64,000 bases of DNA from an uncultured Bacilli bacterium (GCA_910584255.1 CAJTXV010000001.1:17130-81129), one strand, 5' to 3'. Shown: positions 33,525-43,769, counted from the stretch's first letter. Numbers and translations: made by a program. The notes: generated by a model from the letters alone, not told the origin.

Positions 33525-35504
33525 TTATTTATTTTTCTTAGAAGCAGCAACCGCTGCAATATAATCGGCATCGGATTTTGTTTGAAGACTTGCAGCTTTA
33601 ATTAACTTCATCTGATCATCCATTTTCTTAAATCCATCTATAATTGCTTCATCTACACCTTCAATACCATTTAAATCAGCCTTATCGATTTTATCCTTAA
33701 TGGAATTCAATTCTGCAAGTAAATTAGCATTGCCGTCAGTATATGATGTATTTCCTTTTTGCATTTGATCTCTAAATACAGCTTGTTCTCTCTTTTCTAA
33801 TTCTGACACCAAGTAGTTTCCCTCCGAAACAGAAATACCCGTCATACCACCAAAATCAAAGGTACTTTGCCCTGCTGCTTTGGCTTGATCTAAGACACCT
33901 TGTAAATCTTTTGATTTACCAGTGATTGATGAATAATCTACATTTTGTCCTTTAGAAGAGTCATAGTGCTCTAATTTCTCACCAAATCCAAGCGATTGAA
34001 TATAAGAATCTGCTCCTAAAGAAACAGCATTATATTTTCCTTTTGTAGCCTCTTTCTTTTCTTCCGCACTGTAACTATCATGAGCTTTCGTTAATTCGTC
34101 CCAATCGTCTACATTCTGCTTTTTCGCTGCTCCTATTCCTTGGCCAGCAAAGGTACTAAAGAACCATTCTCGTGCTTGATGACCAGCAGTTACTCCAGAA
34201 ACTCGATCTGCGGCAAGTTCTGCATTTTTTGCTCGAATGGATCCAAGTACTTTCGTATAATCACTCTTCTCTCCTGCTGATTTATATCCAGCACGCCCAC
34301 CACTAATAGCACTAGAAATTCCTGACCCAAAGTTTTGAAGTAAATTTCCTTCACCTTTCGCAGCGGTAGCAAATCCAGCAACTCCTGAACCAACCATTCC
34401 AGCTGTTACAGCAGTTGTAGTTAATAATCCTGCAAGTCCTGAACCAAACTCACTATCTTTTAATCCAAGCGCTTTTTTAACAAACTTTGGTGCTTGGAAA
34501 GCAAATAGAAGCAGTCCAATAATGACAAATACCATTCCAAAAATTTTAGTGTCCCCTGCTAATCCAAGGAACGTTTTTCCGACATCGCTAATATCAACGA
34601 TTAACAAATCAACCAGTTCAATTGCAAAGAATAAAGCTCCAAAATGGATTAATAAATCTAGATAAGTAGTAATAAACATTTTCATATAAACGGAAGTTCT
34701 TCCACCATCTTTTGTAGATTTTGGATCCATATAACTGATAATTGGAACAGGTGCAATCATTTTTAGAAGAACCAACTTAAAAGCACGAATCGCAACTTGA
34801 ATTCCAATAATAAATAGAAGAGCTAAAATCGGTAATATACAAATCAATGCCCCTATAAAATTGAATTCGTATTTATATACGCTTTTATTATCACTACAGG
34901 CCTCTCCTGCCATGGTGACTGCTGTATCTAAAATATTTTTAGAGTCTTCTCCCTCATCGGAATCACCGCAATCCTCATTTTTATGAAAGAAACCTGCAAA
35001 AATTGTATTTGCAATGTTTTCTCCTACACTCACCGCACTTCCTGAATTCAATTTATCATCAGAGTCTAATACAGTATCAGAATCTAAAATCACTTTACCA
35101 ATTGTACTTAATAATGGGGCTTGAATTTTCGAAAGAAATGGAAAAACCGTTTGTGGTACAACGATTAGTAATACTAGCATTGTAATAAAGCGAGTTACAA
35201 GTTTTCCAGCCCCCACTTCTTTGTCTGTAATTTTATCGGGATTCGCAAAATAAGTAATTAAAGAGATTGTAACTTTAAATAACATAAATACACCAATAAT
35301 TACATAGAAACGGTTTTGAATTCCCTCATAAAGTGGAGTAAACGTACTTGAATTATCAAGTCCTGCAACTGCATATACAATTTCTAAAAAAAAGCCAACT
35401 AACTTATAAAGTGCAGCAAACATTAAGGCGAGTGCCTGACGAATATAAGTAAAAAATAAGCTTCGGTCCAATTCGCCAATTAACATTAAATTATTTAAAC
35501 TCAT
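33525..35504 (-). CDS. VirB6-like polytopic T4SS channel protein (TcpH/ConG/Tn916 Orf15-like)
   Basis: 659 aa with at least 6 TM helices in the N-terminal two-thirds and a long hydrophilic Gly/Ala/Ser-rich C-terminal region. Positioned in the T4SS operon. Confidence 0.5.
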   Translation of the reverse strand: MSLNNLMLIGELDRSLFFTYIRQALALMFAALYKLVGFFLEIVYAVAGLDNSSTFTPLYEGIQNRFYVIIGVFMLFKVTISLITYFANPDKITDKEVGAGKLVTRFITMLVLLIVVPQTVFPFLSKIQAPLLSTIGKVILDSDTVLDSDDKLNSGSAVSVGENIANTIFAGFFHKNEDCGDSDEGEDSKNILDTAVTMAGEACSDNKSVYKYEFNFIGALICILPILALLFIIGIQVAIRAFKLVLLKMIAPVPIISYMDPKSTKDGGRTSVYMKMFITTYLDLLIHFGALFFAIELVDLLIVDISDVGKTFLGLAGDTKIFGMVFVIIGLLLFAFQAPKFVKKALGLKDSEFGSGLAGLLTTTAVTAGMVGSGVAGFATAAKGEGNLLQNFGSGISSAISGGRAGYKSAGEKSDYTKVLGSIRAKNAELAADRVSGVTAGHQAREWFFSTFAGQGIGAAKKQNVDDWDELTKAHDSYSAEEKKEATKGKYNAVSLGADSYIQSLGFGEKLEHYDSSKGQNVDYSSITGKSKDLQGVLDQAKAAGQSTFDFGGMTGISVSEGNYLVSELEKREQAVFRDQMQKGNTSYTDGNANLLAELNSIKDKIDKADLNGIEGVDEAIIDGFKKMDDQMKLIKAASLQTKSDADYIAAVAASKKNK

Positions 35505-35510
35505 GCACTA

Positions 35511-36329
35511 CTACCTCCAATTCTGTATGACCATACCAATAAGTCCACATAATGAGGCATCTTTTCCTGTCGCATCACTATAGGCTTGTAGAATATATTT
35601 TAAAATTGATGGAACTAAGAATATGGCAATTACCACAATACAACGTTTTGTAAATTTAATTCCAGCTTTTGATAATGCATCTTTATCATTAGAAAGGATA
35701 GGACCTGAAAAATCCATTACACCAAAAATGATTAATGCAATTGGCATAATAATTTTTAAATAACCATATATTTCTTGAATGTATGGGACTAAATCTGAAA
35801 TTACCCCACAATTACCTAAAGATTTATTTTTCTTTTCTGTTGGAGTTTTTGTTGCTGGTTTACTTTCTGTTTTACTTATTTTTTTACCTGTATAGGAATT
35901 ACAGCGAAATGTTTCTGCACCATTCTTTAAGCCATTTCCTTTACAGCAAATTTTACTACTTTGTGTGGTAGTACTCGCATCAGTTGGGGATGTATAACTT
36001 TTTTGAAATGTCCAATTGCCATCACTTAAATTACAAGGAATATCCGTAAGTTCTTTACTACCATCACTTGTACTTTCTGCAACTGAAGTATAATAATCAC
36101 AATAATACTTTCCGCTTTTTTCACAACAAACTCTTTTTACTATCTCAAGATCATAATCTTTATTTTCACCTGCTTGTACACTTTCTGTATGATCAAATTT
36201 CCAAATATTTGAATTCACTCCACTAGAACTACAACTTCCACTCGATGTAACGGCATACACATAATTTATACTGAAAAAGAACGTCATAATTCCAAATACT
36301 AATAACATTCCTAATTTCTTTCTATTCAT
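35511..36329 (-). CDS. Secreted Cys-rich protein with C-terminal two-TM hairpin, first gene of T4SS operon (possible pilin-like/VirB2-analogous component)
   Basis: Signal peptide, about 10 Cys in the ectodomain and C-terminal helices IIMPIALIIFGVMDF / CIVVIAIFLVPSILKYIL. Confidence 0.35.
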   Translation of the reverse strand: MNRKKLGMLLVFGIMTFFFSINYVYAVTSSGSCSSSGVNSNIWKFDHTESVQAGENKDYDLEIVKRVCCEKSGKYYCDYYTSVAESTSDGSKELTDIPCNLSDGNWTFQKSYTSPTDASTTTQSSKICCKGNGLKNGAETFRCNSYTGKKISKTESKPATKTPTEKKNKSLGNCGVISDLVPYIQEIYGYLKIIMPIALIIFGVMDFSGPILSNDKDALSKAGIKFTKRCIVVIAIFLVPSILKYILQAYSDATGKDASLCGLIGMVIQNWR

Positions 36330-36372
36330 AAAGGCACCCCTTACTTACAATTAATTATAATTTATCAGAATA

Positions 36373-36401
36373 ATTATATCAGAACAAAAAACATTTGTAA
36401 A
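36373..36401 (-). promoter_or_regulatory. Putative sigma-70 promoter of the T4SS operon
   Basis: Minus-strand TTTACA-N17-TATAAT ending about 40 nt upstream of the ATG at 36329. Confidence 0.45.
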
Positions 36402-36505
36402 CCAATTCACAAGGATTCTTCCACGAAAAAAAGCCGAAAATAATTCTCTATACTCTCGACTCTTTTGCCACATTTTCTCTATTAAATTTGACAATTATGT
36501 GTGAA

Positions 36506-39121
36506 TTAGACACCGATTGACTTATCCATTCTCTTTAAATAAAGTTTCCGAATCCAATCGACGGGGATTACTGTCGTTGCTAATATCATCATGATAACTA
36601 GCTCCTTTAGTGTCAATCCGAAGGTTCGAAACAGGGAACCCCCAAAATAAATTAGACAAAGTTGGACAACGGTAATAAATCCGATAATTATAACAAATGC
36701 ACGATTCCACCAAATATTAGAAATTAAGTTCAGTCGTTCTGTCCTTGCATTAAAACAGTTAAAAATACCCATAAAGATAAAAAGTCCAAAGAATGCAGTC
36801 ATTAAGTATTTTTGATTTGGATCTACTCGAAAGAGGCTATGAATCCAAGGACTTTTTAAAAAGAAAACACATAAAATAGCAGAATAAGTACCAGTAAAAA
36901 GAATTTCATGCATCATGTATTTGTTCATAATTTTTTCATTTCTTTCTTTTGGTTTTTCTTTCATATATTCTAAAAGTGGTGGTTCATAAGCAAAGGCAAT
37001 TCCAGCGAGCGTATCCATAATCATATTAATCCATAACATTTGAATGACGGTTACAGGTGTATCAATTCCAATAAATGGACCAATAATTGATAAACTAATC
37101 GCACATAAATTTACTGTTAACTGGAAAATAATAAACTTTCGAATACTTTTAAAAATCGTTCTTCCAAATAAAATTGCCTTAGAAATTGATAGGAAGTTAT
37201 CATCTAAAATAACAATCTCACTTGCCTCTTTGGAAACCTCGGTTCCACTTCCCATAGCAAAACCAACATCGGCTTTTTTTAAGGCAGGTGCATCATTCAC
37301 ACCATCTCCTGTCATACCAACTACTAATCCCATCTGTTCACTGATACGGACTAACCTACTTTTATCTTGTGGTAGACTCCTAGCGACAATTTTAAGATTT
37401 GGTATTATATTTTTTACTTCATCATCACTTAATTTATTCAGTTCTTCACTGGTTAAAATTATATCATTTTCGCTATCAATTAATCCTACTTCCTCTCCAA
37501 TTGCGAGGGCTGTATCTTTGTTATCACCTGTAATCATCACAGTTTGAATTCCAGCATTTTTGACAAGTTTTACTCCTTCAATTGCTTCTTCTCTTACTTC
37601 ATCTTTTAATAAAATAAACCCAACGAGCGTTAAATTCTCCATCTCTTCTACATGGTACCGATCATTTACTGTAATGCAAAGAATTCGAAAACCAATTTTA
37701 GTATAAGCATGTACTTCTTTCTTTATCTTATCTAACTCTAATTTTAGTTTTTTTCCTGTTTTTTCATCATAATAAAATGTACATTTAGGTAAAAGTATTT
37801 CTGGTGCTCCTTTAAAAAGATTATATTTTTTATCCGTTTCAATTAAACAACTAGAATATTTCTGCTTGCTATTAAAAGGAATCCTTTTTAATACCTTTAC
37901 CTTGGGTACTTCCGATTTTATAAATTTAAGTAAAGAACGATCTGTCAAATTCCCACCAATAATATTACCATCACTACCATAGTTACTTTCATTGTTATAG
38001 TATAAAGACACTTTTAATAAATCATGGTACTTTTTACAACTAGCAAGTTCTAATTCATTGTCATAACGATTTCCCGTTCCTATTAGTATACCTGCAACCT
38101 CTAGTTTTCCCTTAGTAAGTGTTCCTGTTTTATCTGTATATAAAATATTGATATTTCCTGCTGTTTCAATCCCTACCAGTTTTCGTACTAACACATTATT
38201 TTTTAGCATTCGCTTCATATTGGAAGATAATACCAGAGTTATCATCATCGGAAGTCCTTCTGGGACTGCTACTACAATGATAGTTACCGCCAAAGTCAGG
38301 GCATATAAAATATGTCCACTGAGAAGTCGAAAATTTTGAATCGTTTCTAATATTTTGGTTCCTGAAAAGTTATTATCGATTACAATGACAGAAAAAAGAT
38401 AGGAAAATACTACTAGAAATGCACCAATATACCCAATTTTACTAATAAATTTAGCAAGTTCTCTTAATCTTCCTTTTAATGGGCTTTCAGGATTTTCTTC
38501 TTGTAACTCTAAGGCTATTTTTCCATAGTAGGTATCATTCCCTACCTTTTCTACTTTCATCCAAGCTGTTTTAGAATAAACAACTGTTCCTCGATACACT
38601 TTATTTTTATCTGTTACATTTCCTGATACGCTTTCTTTGTAGGCTTCTCTACTTTCTCCATTTAAACTAGATTCGTCTACTGTTAATTCTCCTTCGATAA
38701 TCACTCCATCTGCAGGAATTCTATCTCCTGTTTCAAGCCGAACTATATCTCCTACTACTAGTTCATCCATTGGAATTTCTTTTAAGGAACCATTTCTTTT
38801 TACTTTGGCACCAATTCTAGCTGCCTCTTCCTGTAACCTTTCAAATGCTTTTTCACTTCCATACTCTGAAATGGTCGAAATTAAACTCGATAAAAATATG
38901 GCGATGACAATTCCTAAAGTTTCAAACCAATCAAAATCCTTAAATAGAAAAATAGTTTTAATTACTAGCGCGATTAGTAAAATCTTGATGATAGGATCTC
39001 CTAGTGTTTCTATAAATTGATGAAGAAATGTTTTTCTTTTTTTCTTAGAAATCGTATTAGATCCGTATTTTTTTCTTGCTTCTTCTACTTCTTTTTCTGT
39101 TAGTCCAGTCATTCCTATCAT
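36506..39121 (-). CDS. P-type Ca2+-transporting ATPase (P2-type)
   Basis: Phosphorylation motif DKTGTLT, hinge GMTGDGVNDAPALKKADVGFAMG, TGDN motif MITGDNKDTA, ten predicted TM helices, 871 aa. Confidence 0.85.
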   Translation of the reverse strand: MIGMTGLTEKEVEEARKKYGSNTISKKKRKTFLHQFIETLGDPIIKILLIALVIKTIFLFKDFDWFETLGIVIAIFLSSLISTISEYGSEKAFERLQEEAARIGAKVKRNGSLKEIPMDELVVGDIVRLETGDRIPADGVIIEGELTVDESSLNGESREAYKESVSGNVTDKNKVYRGTVVYSKTAWMKVEKVGNDTYYGKIALELQEENPESPLKGRLRELAKFISKIGYIGAFLVVFSYLFSVIVIDNNFSGTKILETIQNFRLLSGHILYALTLAVTIIVVAVPEGLPMMITLVLSSNMKRMLKNNVLVRKLVGIETAGNINILYTDKTGTLTKGKLEVAGILIGTGNRYDNELELASCKKYHDLLKVSLYYNNESNYGSDGNIIGGNLTDRSLLKFIKSEVPKVKVLKRIPFNSKQKYSSCLIETDKKYNLFKGAPEILLPKCTFYYDEKTGKKLKLELDKIKKEVHAYTKIGFRILCITVNDRYHVEEMENLTLVGFILLKDEVREEAIEGVKLVKNAGIQTVMITGDNKDTALAIGEEVGLIDSENDIILTSEELNKLSDDEVKNIIPNLKIVARSLPQDKSRLVRISEQMGLVVGMTGDGVNDAPALKKADVGFAMGSGTEVSKEASEIVILDDNFLSISKAILFGRTIFKSIRKFIIFQLTVNLCAISLSIIGPFIGIDTPVTVIQMLWINMIMDTLAGIAFAYEPPLLEYMKEKPKERNEKIMNKYMMHEILFTGTYSAILCVFFLKSPWIHSLFRVDPNQKYLMTAFFGLFIFMGIFNCFNARTERLNLISNIWWNRAFVIIIGFITVVQLCLIYFGGSLFRTFGLTLKELVIMMILATTVIPVDWIRKLYLKRMDKSIGV

Positions 39122-39223
39122 AAAACATCCTCCTATTAAAAGATATGATGGACGAGTTATATTAGAAGTTCTATTTTTGTCAAAAAAGGAGATATCACAT
39201 ATATTAAAGAAGAAGGGAGAATT

Positions 39224-39532
39224 ATGATGAAAGATTTCTTTTTCGGATTAGATCCCTATACTTTTACAGGAAGTGCCATTGTAATCGGTTTTTATCTAAA
39301 TAATGTGCTTACATCAGAAGAACAAGCAAGTATTGGAAATTGGTTACAATTAATTGGTTTAACGATACAAACTTATGCCTCTCAGGTAACCAATTTGGAA
39401 GCAGAAAGGAAAAAGACAAAACAGGATTCAAAATGCAATAACACTACTGACTTAGATACATTAAGTAAAGCAATTGATAAAATTCAAGAAGAATTGAATC
39501 GATTAAAAGACTGTCAAAAAAATTCATTATAA
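39224..39532 (+). CDS. Small hypothetical protein (one hydrophobic helix, C-terminal coiled-coil)
   Basis: AAGGGAG RBS before ATG. 102 aa. One of very few plus-strand genes. Confidence 0.45.
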   Translation: MMKDFFFGLDPYTFTGSAIVIGFYLNNVLTSEEQASIGNWLQLIGLTIQTYASQVTNLEAERKKTKQDSKCNNTTDLDTLSKAIDKIQEELNRLKDCQKNSL

Positions 39533-39552
39533 AAAATTATTAACTTAAGAGA

Positions 39553-39578
39553 AGAAAGATGATTTATTTCATCTTTCT
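39553..39578. terminator. Bidirectional stem-loop terminator
   Basis: Perfect 10-bp stem AGAAAGATGA/TCATCTTTCT with a 6-nt loop, followed by TTTATAC on the plus strand. Lies between convergent genes. Confidence 0.5.
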
Positions 39579-39579
39579 T

Positions 39580-40479
39580 TTATACACAAGGATGTGGACA
39601 ATCTGTACAATTATGAAGTTCACGTTTTCTTAATACTTTCATCTTCCCTTCTTGATTTAGTATCACAGGTTTTTCTTCCCCACTCATTCCCTTTAAATTT
39701 TCCTCATCCAATCCCATATAGAAAAGATGATTAGAAATAATATCCCATCCCTTTTTTGTCATCATATGAACTGGGATTTTAATTCCTACTTGGAAAAAAG
39801 AAGCTGGTTCTATTACTTCCTTTACATATTTAGATGCACAAGACCAAACTACATCTGCATTTTCTTTCATAATTAAAGCAGTTTCTTTACTGATTCCTGT
39901 TGAACAAAGTCCAAATTTATAAATTGTAATCTCATCATTTTCTAAGTCTTTCACTTGTTTTAATAGTTTGTTATGATTTGCCGCAAAAGTAACTGCTATT
40001 TTTTTGTAACCTCTTCGAATTACTTCTTTTATTCCTTCTAATTGATCAATTTCTGCAGTATAGGGAAAAACTGGTATGATTTCTTCTTTTTCTGCTTCAT
40101 CCATAATTTCCTTTGAGGGACTTGTATAAAATAATCCTGTCATTCTTTTTACAGCACTATCTAAAATATTACTTCTAAAGGCCGAGGAGATGGTTTCTGA
40201 TGCTCCAAATAGAACGTTTGCTTCACAAGAATTTAAGGGTCTATTTGTTTTAAAATAGCCTCCTTGAATCACTATTTTATCAATTAAATTACATATCATT
40301 TTTGTTTGTATTTCTTTATCCTCCGTATTGATGGCACGTATTAGTTTTTCACTTTCTTCTCCTCCCACTTCTCTTAGAAGTTTTACCATTAGTGGACAGT
40401 ATTTGATAGGCACAGGGGTTGCTTTGATAGCTTTTAGTTTTCCATCCACTTTTTTTAACAAAATATAGCTACCGAACAT
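39580..40479 (-). CDS. Hypothetical protein with C-terminal Cys/His cluster (HNCTDCPHPC), possible metal-binding
   Basis: 299-aa ORF. No confident family assignment from sequence alone. Confidence 0.45.
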   Translation of the reverse strand: MFGSYILLKKVDGKLKAIKATPVPIKYCPLMVKLLREVGGEESEKLIRAINTEDKEIQTKMICNLIDKIVIQGGYFKTNRPLNSCEANVLFGASETISSAFRSNILDSAVKRMTGLFYTSPSKEIMDEAEKEEIIPVFPYTAEIDQLEGIKEVIRRGYKKIAVTFAANHNKLLKQVKDLENDEITIYKFGLCSTGISKETALIMKENADVVWSCASKYVKEVIEPASFFQVGIKIPVHMMTKKGWDIISNHLFYMGLDEENLKGMSGEEKPVILNQEGKMKVLRKRELHNCTDCPHPCV

Positions 40480-40500
40480 TCTTGTTATATGAAAACCAAG

Positions 40501-40985
40501 CTAATTATAGTATTCCCTGATATAAAGTAAAACTTCCGAAGCTGCTTTTAAAAAGGTTTCACTCAACTTTTTATCCAACAAAACTACTTGCAAGTAACCC
40601 TTTTTTTCAATACGAATATCATAGTCACTATGGATTCTTTTAATTAATTCATATCTTTCTAATATTTCTGTGATCCCTTTTAATAATTCATTTTTATCCA
40701 TTAGGATTTCCCCAATATCTTCTCCAAAATACTTAGTGGTATCTAAATCATTTAAATTAAAATCCAGTAGAACTCCTTCAAAATTGTAAATTTGATAAAA
40801 GGTATGATAATTGCTTTCTGAAGCACTCGCTTTAAACTCCGTAAAGTAATATTCTTCCTCATTTACATTTTTTCTCTTGGATCATCGATTATCTGAACTT
40901 CTAAATCATCCGCATACCCATCTGTTATAAAACTTCCAATGAAGCTTGATTCTTTACTGTTTAAAATTTTTCTTTCTTTTAACAT
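40501..40985 (-). pseudogene. Frameshifted ~160-aa hypothetical gene (frameshift at an A6 run)
   Basis: ATG at 40983-40985 with AAGAGGTGA RBS. The frame MLKERKILNSKESSFIGSFITDGYADDLEVQIIDDPREK terminates after agagaaaaaatgtaa and continues in the +1 frame as NEEEYYFTEFKASASES...LLYIREYYN (the 66-aa ORF at 40501-40701). Confidence 0.4.
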
Positions 40986-41077
40986 AATAAATCACCTCTT
41001 TCACTTGTATTATATCGAAGGTAATGATATAAATAATATATATTTTATTTATATCAAATATAAAAGGAGTTTATATT

Positions 41078-41973
41078 TGAATACAAATTATGAAACTTAC
41101 CGAATTTTTTACTATGTCGCAACCTGTGGTAGTATCTCAAAGGCCGCAGAACAGTTACTGATTTCACAACCTGCTGTTTCTTTTCAAATTAAATCCTTAG
41201 AAGAGCAATTGGGGATTACTCTATTTGTTAGGACTAAGAAAGGATTTATTTTAACAGAAGAGGGAGAAATATTTTTTTCACATATAAAAAGAGGAATTGA
41301 ATGTTTCACTAATGGAGAACATGCTCTAACTAATTTTCAAGATTTAGATTATGGAAGTATTCGAATTGGTGCGAGTACTACGGTCAGTAAATATGTGTTG
41401 ATGCCCTATTTAGAAAAATTTCATGAAAAATATCCAAATATTGATATCCAAATTATTAATACATTAACAGAAACTCTGCTAACTGATTTAAGAAATGGAA
41501 ATCTAGATTTACTGTTATTAAACCTTCCAATGGAAGAAGCAAAGGATTTAAAAATTCAAAAAGTTATGGATGTCCACGATATTTTTGTAGGAAATAAGAA
41601 GTATTATGAGCTAACCAAAGGAAAAATTAAACTAGAGGAATTAAAAAATTATCCTTTACTATTTCAAAAGTCCCCATCTAATACAAGAAATTTCTTAAAT
41701 CAATATTTAAAAAAGAACCATGTATCTTTGGTTCCTAAAATGGAAATTGTTAGTTATAACCTTATTATGGATTTTATAAGAATTGGCTTTGGTATTGGGT
41801 ATGCAACCGAAGAATTTATTCAAGAAGGATTAAACAAGAAAGAACTATACAAAACTCAAGTAATCCCAGAAGTTCCCAAAAGGTTTATCGGAATTGTTAC
41901 AAGGTCTAAAGACATACCAAATTATAGTGCAAAAAAATTAATGGATATGATGGCAAAGAAAGGAATTATGTAG
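41078..41973 (+). CDS. LysR-family transcriptional regulator
   Basis: N-terminal wHTH YETYRIFYYVATCGSISKAAEQLLISQPAVSFQIKSLEEQLGITLFVR and a C-terminal substrate-binding domain. The likely start is TTG at 41078, preceded by AAAGGAG. The annotated ORF start at 40939 adds an implausible N-terminal extension. Confidence 0.8.
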
Positions 41974-42330
41974 AAATAAATATTATTTGTAATCAATTTA
42001 GAAATATTTAGTTTGTTTAAATGTTGTTTCCAGATACCTTTTTTATGTAATACTATTATACTACTATTAAATGTTCTAACCAATATAACTTAATCAAAAC
42101 TTAAACAAATCTTAATCAAACTTTTAAAGTGCAAATTTTGAACTTTAAAAGAATCTTTTTATATAAAAATAATACCAACTGTATCAGTCGGTACTAGAAC
42201 AATTTTTTGTAGTCGTACCTAGCTCTTCAAAACTAGGTATTTCTTTTTTTACTTATACAAGTTTCCTTGATATATTCATCATATTACAAATATAATCTTC
42301 AAGTTTTTAACTTAATTTTTTATAGGTGCT

Positions 42331-43443
42331 TTATCCTTTATAATCAAAGTTTAGAGGTTTTAATTCATCAAGCACAAACATTCCATCTTTCCGGATTAGA
42401 ACGTCGTCAAAATATACCTCTCCTCCACCATACTCTGGTCTTTGAATTAATACCATATCCCAGTGAATTCCAGAATCATTTCCATTGTAACAATCTTTAT
42501 AAGCTTGCCCTGGCGTGAAATGTAAGCTTCCTAAGATCTTTTCATCATATAGAATATCTCCCATTGGTTCTAAAATTTTTGGATTAAATCCCAAAGAGAA
42601 TTCTCCAACATAACGAGCACCATCATCTGTATCAAAAATTTCATTTAATTTGTTATCATCTTCATCACAAGTAGCCTTAATAATTTTACCATCTTTAAAT
42701 TCTAAAGAAACATGGTGGAAAATATATCCATTATAAGGACTTGGTGTATTATAAGTAATTTTACCGTTCACACTATCCTTAACGGGAGCAGAATAAAGTT
42801 CCCCATCTGGAATATTCATTTCTCCAACACAAGGAATGCTTCCCATCCCCTTGATACTAAAGGTAATATCTGTATCTTTTCCTGTTAATCTTACCTTATC
42901 TGTTCGATCCATAAATTCTTTTAATGGACGAATCAATTCATTCATTTTCTGATAATCTACAGTCATTACGTCAAGAGCAAACTCCTTAAATTCTCTAGAA
43001 GTCATTCCTGCCTTATGACTATCTAAATCCGATGGGTAATTTAAAAGTACCCACTTTCTTTGATTCACTCTAATATCCGAACTCTTTTGCAGGGCTTTTT
43101 TTAATTTCCGATTCATCTCTGGATTGATATTCTTATCCTCATAGTCGTTTGTTGCGTAGCGAATGTTAATAAAACAATCATACAGCTCTACTTCTTGTTC
43201 TTGAATTGTTTGTAAAAGTTCAATTCTTTTTTCTGTATTTCCTTCTGATAATTGACTTCCAAGATAAGGATCATTAATTTTTACTGATGGAACTCCTTCA
43301 TGCTGATAAATTTCTTCAATTAAATAAGAAATAAATTCTCTTGCTTCTAAAGATTGTGTCATGATTAACACTTTTTCATCCTTTTTTACTTTAATAGAAT
43401 AATCTACAATTTGATTTGCTAATTCTTTTAGTTTTTCACTCAT
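42331..43443 (-). CDS. Aminopeptidase, M29 family (PepS/AmpS-type)
   Basis: 370 aa. N-terminus LKELANQIVDYSIKVKKDEKVLIMT and overall length match M29 thermophilic-type aminopeptidases. Confidence 0.7.
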   Translation of the reverse strand: MSEKLKELANQIVDYSIKVKKDEKVLIMTQSLEAREFISYLIEEIYQHEGVPSVKINDPYLGSQLSEGNTEKRIELLQTIQEQEVELYDCFINIRYATNDYEDKNINPEMNRKLKKALQKSSDIRVNQRKWVLLNYPSDLDSHKAGMTSREFKEFALDVMTVDYQKMNELIRPLKEFMDRTDKVRLTGKDTDITFSIKGMGSIPCVGEMNIPDGELYSAPVKDSVNGKITYNTPSPYNGYIFHHVSLEFKDGKIIKATCDEDDNKLNEIFDTDDGARYVGEFSLGFNPKILEPMGDILYDEKILGSLHFTPGQAYKDCYNGNDSGIHWDMVLIQRPEYGGGEVYFDDVLIRKDGMFVLDELKPLNFDYKG

Positions 43444-43499
43444 TTCACACGATTCCTTTCTTCTCGCATAAACTATATCTAGGAAGGAGATTATAATCT

Positions 43500-43769
43500 A
43501 TGCAACCATATAATTATAATATGAATCAATTTTCTAGAAATATGTATGGACGACGTGGTTTTTCTAGAAATTATACTTCTAATCAAAATCAAGATCGCTT
43601 TGTTGGTGGATTTTTTGGGCCATTATTATTAGGAGGAATTGCTGGATACGCAATTGGAAATCAGCAACCTAATAATTCTTATGGACCTACTTTTTATCCA
43701 CAACCATACTATCAACCTTATTATTACCCTAATACTTATTATAATAATTTTTACTATTATCCATATTAA
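43500..43769 (+). CDS. Small Tyr/Pro/Asn/Gln-rich protein with glycine-zipper TM segment
   Basis: AGGAAGGAG RBS. GGFFGPLLLGGIAGYAIG helix flanked by low-complexity N/Q/Y/P-rich tails. Confidence 0.45.
   Translation: MQPYNYNMNQFSRNMYGRRGFSRNYTSNQNQDRFVGGFFGPLLLGGIAGYAIGNQQPNNSYGPTFYPQPYYQPYYYPNTYYNNFYYYPY

Noticed and set aside
36330-36505. Possible att-site or direct repeat flanking the T4SS module (compared with 24603-24667)
   Set aside because: No shared repeat of 10 nt or more could be found by eye between the two module boundaries. The region contains a good promoter instead. The absence of repeats is noted but cannot be verified without computation.
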